A DNA stretch of 64,000 nt, taken from assembly GCA_951406725.2 (NCBI GenBank), contig OX597819.1, positions 19,592,001 through 19,656,000 on the forward strand. The letters run 5' to 3'. A program made the position numbers and the translations under genes. The notes below the pieces were generated by a model, which saw only the letters and a program-made list of their open reading frames with translations, was not told the DNA's origin and did not search any database. How positions within the stretch are numbered: position 1 is the stretch's first letter; each line of letters begins with the position of its first letter. Positions 57,499 to 64,000 of this stretch are shown here, one piece after another. This stretch comes from Octopus vulgaris. Taxonomy: Eukaryota.

Positions 57499-58242
57499 TA
57501 AAAAGGGTGAATTTCAAAGGAGAGAAAGAAGTCGCCTACGTCACACTTGTAGTTACAATCCTGAGCAGTGCATATGTATGTGTGTGTAAGTGATTATATA
57601 TCTGCTTGCGTGTTTCTCTGTGTGTTATCATGAAGACGCTCGTGACAGTCGGTCAGTACGTCGTCATTGGTTTCAAGCCTCTTATTGCTCTTAGAAATAC
57701 TGGCTACACAGCAGACTCGGTGGTTTGAGACATATAACCTCTTTACAAATTAAGGTAACAATACATTCTTGGCCAGAATGGCAGTGTACAAATTTCTTTG
57801 ATACGCAAACGTTCTGTGTGAGACAGAATTATCTACGTTTGATCACTACCAGTCGTGTTCAAAACGGTTCAGTTTATGTCCATTTCCCGTTCACAAGTCA
57901 GGAAGCGGAGAAGATCAGGCTTCCAAAACGAATCCTTTCTCATGAAGGTGCCGGCTAAAGAGTTCACAACTTAAATTTAATGAGGCCCTCGGATCCCGCA
58001 CATGTTTTAGGACCGAAAAGTTTGTATCGGCTACTTCCGTTGAAATGTGGTCCAGGCTGTTCCAAGAAATTCCACTTACTCCTGTATTGAGTTGAATGTT
58101 TTTTTAACTACATATATAGCTTGTCATATAACATAATACAGCACCTCTGGAGTATTCTGTGGGACCTGCAGTTATATTGTCACAGCGTAAAAGGGTCCTC
58201 CGTTCATCCAACAGTACTTCCATAGAACTGTCCTTATATTCG

Positions 58243-58282
<40 letters not shown>

Positions 58283-58463
58283 TATATATATATATATATA
58301 TATACTCACATATATATATATATATATATACATACATATTTATACATAGATAGTAATATATATATATGTATGTATATATGTATAAATATCTATACTTATA
58401 TGAATATGTATGTATGTACCTATCCATCTATCTATCTATCTATCAATCTATATATCTATCTAA

Positions 58464-58578
<115 letters not shown>

Positions 58579-58617
58579 CATATATATATATATAAATGTG
58601 TGTGTTATGTAGTTATG

Positions 58618-58654
<37 letters not shown>

Positions 58655-59597
58655 AAGTGCTTTTGTGTATGTGTATTTGTTTGTGTTTGTGTGTGTGTCT
58701 GTCTGTGGGGGGTGGGAGGTGCACTAGTGATTGTCCGATATCATGAACACTATAAATATGTCTTGTATATTTGAGAAAAAAATGTTGTCACTCCGACATT
58801 TACTTGTTATATCTTCTTTCTTTCTATCTTTCTTTCTTTCATCAATTTTTTCTGTCCTTCCTTCTTTTCCCGATCCTCTTTCACTTCCTCCACCTCCCCT
58901 GTTTTTTATGCACCCAAGTGTTCCCATCTGTCTTTATTTCTGTGTACACACACACACATATCACTCACATACATATACAATACATACATATTTATATATA
59001 CATACATATGTATAGGTACATACATACGTTTACACATCTGTACTTGCACACAATCTATACACATATGTTCACATACACATACTTTATTCGTATCAATATA
59101 TATACATAAGAGCTGGTGTTAACCGAAGTGTGTTTGTGTCTCTCATCCAACTATTGGGGCGTGCGGGGGTGTGCGACAGTGTGCAACTATGTGTGGGGGG
59201 GGGGGGAATTCAGTGATGTACTTGACATAGATATCCAAAGATGTAACTGCTCTGATGAAGATGGAAAATGCACCCAAGGAACAGCGAGTGGCAGGCAGAG
59301 AGTAGACAGACAAAGGTAGAGAAAGAGAGAGAGAGAGAAAGACAGGTAGAAGAGAGTGAAGAATGAGATAGGGAGAGAACTTGCTTGTGTGTATGCAAGA
59401 TTCAATGTTTGCTTGTGTACTTGTGAGAGATAGATAGGTGGGTAGGTAGAGAGAGAGAGAAAGGAAAAGAGAGATAGGAAATTTAGGTGAGATAGACATT
59501 GTGAGTCAAAATATACGAAAAACAGAGAGATGGGGATAGATAAAGAGAGAGATAGAGGGAGGGAGAGAGAGAGAGAGAGATAGATAGATAGAGAGAG

Positions 59598-59666
<69 letters not shown>

Positions 59667-60351
59667 AAATATTTTTTGAGGCTGAAGAAAACCACAATTG
59701 AAATGAAGAATATGAATGAACGAAAAGAAAGATGGAATGAAAAACATAAGGAAAGAAAGAAAGAGTGAATGAATGTTGTTAAAAATGAAAAGAAGAAACA
59801 AGTTTAAAGCGAAAAACATATTAATAACCTAGTGAAACAGTGCGCCAAACTGAACATGGCGCACAGTATGTCTGCGATATTTCTATTAACACAAAGAACT
59901 GTGTTAATATTGCTACATCTCTCATCTACCAGTTCCTACATTAATTCTATATATAAACCACTTCCATGTTGATTCTTGCAACCGTTGCAAGTTACATTCT
60001 AACTAGCTTTTCAAGATTCCTTTGTCTTTTACTATGCAAAAACACGTTCACAATCAAACACATAGAATATATATATACACATACATATATATATATTAAT
60101 GTATGTAGTATATATTTACATATACGCGCACATATACAAACACGTCATAGATGCCCTCATGTAGACACACAGATTATATATATATATATTTGATTCAAAT
60201 GCACTTTAAGTAATAATTTACATGAGTATGTGATTTTACTGGTATGTATACTCACAACTACACCCACACACACACACACTGTCTCTCTTTCTCTCTCTTA
60301 CACACATAAATAAATACGTCTATGTATCCGTGTATATCTCTATCTGTCAAC

Positions 60352-60409
<58 letters not shown>

Positions 60410-60473
60410 TTGCAGAGAGATATAGAGAGAGGCGGAAAGAGAACGAGAGTTGGGGCAGCTGAATAGATAGATG

Positions 60474-60554
<81 letters not shown>

Positions 60555-60640
60555 GCAGACAGAGAGACTGACAGGCATACAGACAAATATATATATATAG
60601 CTAGCTAGCTAGATAGGGAGGTAGATAGATAGATATATAT

Positions 60641-60691
<51 letters not shown>

Positions 60692-61342
60692 TAGATAGAC
60701 GTTTATCACTGCACTATCTCTTATCCAACTCTTTCAATTAGATTTCGTGTACTGAGCACCAAAGAGAGAGGGAGAGACGAAAGGAGAGACAAGCCGAGAT
60801 AAATTCAAAGGAGAGGGAGAGAGAGAGAGAGTGGAAAAGTGAGAGAGGAGATGTAAAAGAGAGAATGGTGAGAGAGAGAGAGAGAAAGGTAGCAACGTTG
60901 TCCTTTTCCTGAATGGTACGATCATGTGACACCCTCTACTCACATCTCTATCGTCTATAATTGACGTCGGCATCATTCTGATTTTTGAATTTCGAATTTA
61001 GATATTCAATATGGGTCTTTATGTACGTTTTGTTTATAATCTTCATTCTTCTGTCGTCGATTTATTTTTTTGAACGTCTTTTTTTCCTTATCTTTTTCAA
61101 TTATTTATTCATTGTTTCATATGCCACGTCGTGTTAACAGAGAGATATCCCATAATTCTTCGCATTAGCGAGATTTACCAGAATTCTTTGATGTCATCTG
61201 AATAGAAAAGCAAACGATTGCACGTGATTGACAAGAAGTTCTTTTAGAAATTCTAACAATAAAAAAGTAAACACTTTCAGATTGGATTTTGATATTTCAC
61301 TTGCATGTGTGTATGTGTGTGTATATGTATATGTATATGTAT

Positions 61343-61525
<183 letters not shown>

Positions 61526-62037
61526 AGTATATATACATATATATATATATATGTGTGTATATATATATATGTATCTATGTACATACATATGTATGCATAC
61601 ATTTACAGACACATCCGTACACACGCACGCACAGACACACACTTATGTGTATATATGTATATATATGTATGTATGTACGTATGTATGTATGTATGTATGT
61701 ATGTCTGTGTGTGTGTGTATACATCTACGTATTCATGTTCGTACGTATGCGTGTATGCTTTTATGAATATAATTTTTATATTCATCTGTTCCTGTTTTTT
61801 CGCACGTTCACACTGATCTAACAAAATATGATAAGAGACATTCTTGTCATGACCATCCTCTCTAAAATCAGAGGCTGCGTTTATTCCACCTTTCTCTTCA
61901 CAATCAATATGTTTTAAAACAGCTGCTATTTCTAGCAAAATGGGTAAATGCTCAAATATTACCTTAATTTAGTCGAAGCTGTTTTATTTGGAGTTTTCCC
62001 TCCTCAATTCCTTCAGTGATAACATACCATAAATATT

Positions 62038-62265
62038 TATTTCTTTATTACCCACAAGAGGTTAAATATAGAAGGGGCAAACAAGGAAAAACAAGGGGAT
62101 TAAGTCGATTACAACGACCCCAGTCTGTAACTGGTACTTATTTAATCGACCGCAAAAGGATGAAGGGAAAAGTCGACCTCGGCGGAATTCGAACTCAGAA
62201 CGTAATAACAGACGAAATACCGATATGTAGTTCGCCCGTCGTGCTACCGACTCTGCGAAATCGAT
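62038..62265 (-). mobile_element. Family A SINE, near full length
   Basis: Colinear reverse complement of 25295-25521 (GAGTTCGAATTCCGCCGAGGTCGACTTT.CC.TTCATCCTTT..GGTCGATTAAATAAGTACCAGTTAC..CTTGTGGGTAATAAAGAAAT). Confidence 0.88.
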
Positions 62266-62369
62266 CAATCTAAGACAGTTACGTCTCTGTTGTATCTCTT
62301 TGTCAGTAATTTAGTCTTCTGGACACTGTTGGACCGGTACCTGCATTCCATGGCTTATAAGTAGTCGAG

Positions 62370-62547
62370 GTCACAACATTCGTCTCGAACGGAGCAGCTG
62401 TTCGTCACAAGTTTCCTCTTTCACGGTCGAATGGAGTGGAGCAACATTAAATGCAGTATTTTCCTGAAGAACACCAAGTGTGAGAATCGAGACCACAATC
62501 CTTCGATTGTGAAGGAAATACCCTAACCACCAGACTGCGCGCCTCCA
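62370..62547 (-). mobile_element. Degenerate tRNA-derived SINE (CORE-like)
   Basis: Minus strand GGAGGCGCGCAGTCTGGTGGTTAGGG (A box), GGTCTCGATTCTC (B-box-like), GTGTTCTTCAGGAAAATACTGCATTT..GTTGCTCCACTCCA. Confidence 0.65.
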
Positions 62548-64000
62548 CCTCTTTATAGTATATGAGGTTTTTATTCGTCCAATATTAACTCTTTTTTTAT
62601 GTCTTAGGGCGTATAAATTCAAATGTGTTTATGTGATTGTCCTATCAATTTAAACAAGAAAGAAGGTTCTCCCACGAACGTTAAAAGTTCATTTAGTTGA
62701 AGTTTAGAGTCCTTGAGTTTCTGTCAGGAGTTCTGATCGACGGATGGTATCAACATTGGAAAGCATAACGGAAAAAGTTTACTTGGTTCACGCAGAACCA
62801 GGGATTGTGTTAACGCGTATGTATATTAATCTCGACATTTCCCACTAACACACTCTCTCACTCACTCACTCACTCACTCACTCACTCACTCTTTCCCACG
62901 GTAGGTCTCTGTCTACTTGCATGATTGAGTGTTTGCATATGTGTTGTGTGTACATATTTGTGCTTATATATGTCTTCAACAAGGAAAAGTTTTTTCATCG
63001 GATTTTGATGATCAGAAGTCGTTTAGGGAAGAGAGAGAAGGTAAGGGATATTGAAAGACGGGTGATACAGGCAAAGAATGATAATGTGTGACATAGAGAC
63101 CGATTCCGAAATGTTCTTCTAGGTTTGGTGCTTCTGTCTTGAAAAAGTCTATTCGGTAACAGGTCATGTATTGTCAGCTTGTGTATGAGTAAGTCGCATA
63201 TAGAAGACAAATTGACTCACGGATGCATATATTTTTCAACAGCTTCATAATAAGTTTAGTAGCCTTCATCTTTCATCCTCATCCATGCATGATACAATAC
63301 AGTCCCGGATCTCTTTTGCTTATTAATATTCCATGTGAAGCAGCCTATGCCTTTCTATTATTATGATTTCAGTCACTTCTGAGTGTCCACGCACCTAAAT
63401 TTGCCCTACACATTTTGTTGAGTATGGGAAAAGTTCTGCAATAATTTCGTCTAGGTTCCGGGCTATAATATTATGTGTGCTATTTTGAGATATAAGCCAA
63501 AACAGTCCCTGTTGCATAACTCTCTAATTATCCAGGATAAGATGGTGACATTCAGAAAAACAGAACGGGTCTGCTTATGTGATTCGTATTGCATAATACA
63601 AATTTGCAGAAGACGGGATCATCATTGCTCGAATGCCATTCATCGATTACGGCGATCAAATTTTATCGGGATAAACCACGCTGCACAAGAAGTTAACTAT
63701 TATTGTCTGCCAGCAAGAAAAATATTACTCCTTATAAATTTTAAATAATCTACAATTAAGCCTCAAAATCTTCATTTCGAAGTGGAAAATTTTAGAATTA
63801 ATTATACATGATTAGATATATAACACACACATGCATACATACCTCAATACTCATATGGAAGCACACACACGTACGCATACGTATATATACCCATAATGAA
63901 ACACAAGAGTCATGTATGGAACTACAACGAGAGCAGACTGGTAGCTAGAGTAATGTGTATATGTGTATGGATAGAATATTAAATGCTGTAATGACTGTAT

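Noticed and set aside
59829-59864. CTAG followed by hairpin GTGCGCCA..TGGCGCAC, like a Helitron 3' end
   Set aside because: The flanking base does not fit an AT target and no matching 5' TC end or second copy was found

Overview
AT-rich, microsatellite-saturated eukaryotic non-coding DNA. The repeat families resemble those I recall from octopus/cephalopod genomes; this is an inference, not a database match. I found no credible host protein-coding gene, intact tRNA/rRNA or CRISPR array, and most ORFs in the track are microsatellite translations. The window is a graveyard of mobile elements: several tRNA-derived SINE families (one copy with a perfect 14-bp TSD), 5'-truncated RLE-endonuclease non-LTR retrotransposons (R4/Dong-like) sitting in (TAA)n tracts, an RTE 3' end, three short non-autonomous Helitrons, a mariner fragment split by a SINE, and Penelope-like remnants. 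The most interesting signals are: (1) a near-canonical minimal type-I hammerhead ribozyme at about 28449-28533 plus several degenerate hammerhead motifs in unrelated short elements; (2) a candidate tRNA-headed SINE ending in a hammerhead-like motif (35550-35888); (3) four fold-back inverted repeats; (4) a 34-bp minisatellite apparently amplified from an internal segment of a dispersed repeat; (5) a 391-bp near-identical tandem duplication; (6) a pure (CG)92/(TA)n/poly-A block that is probably an assembly artefact.
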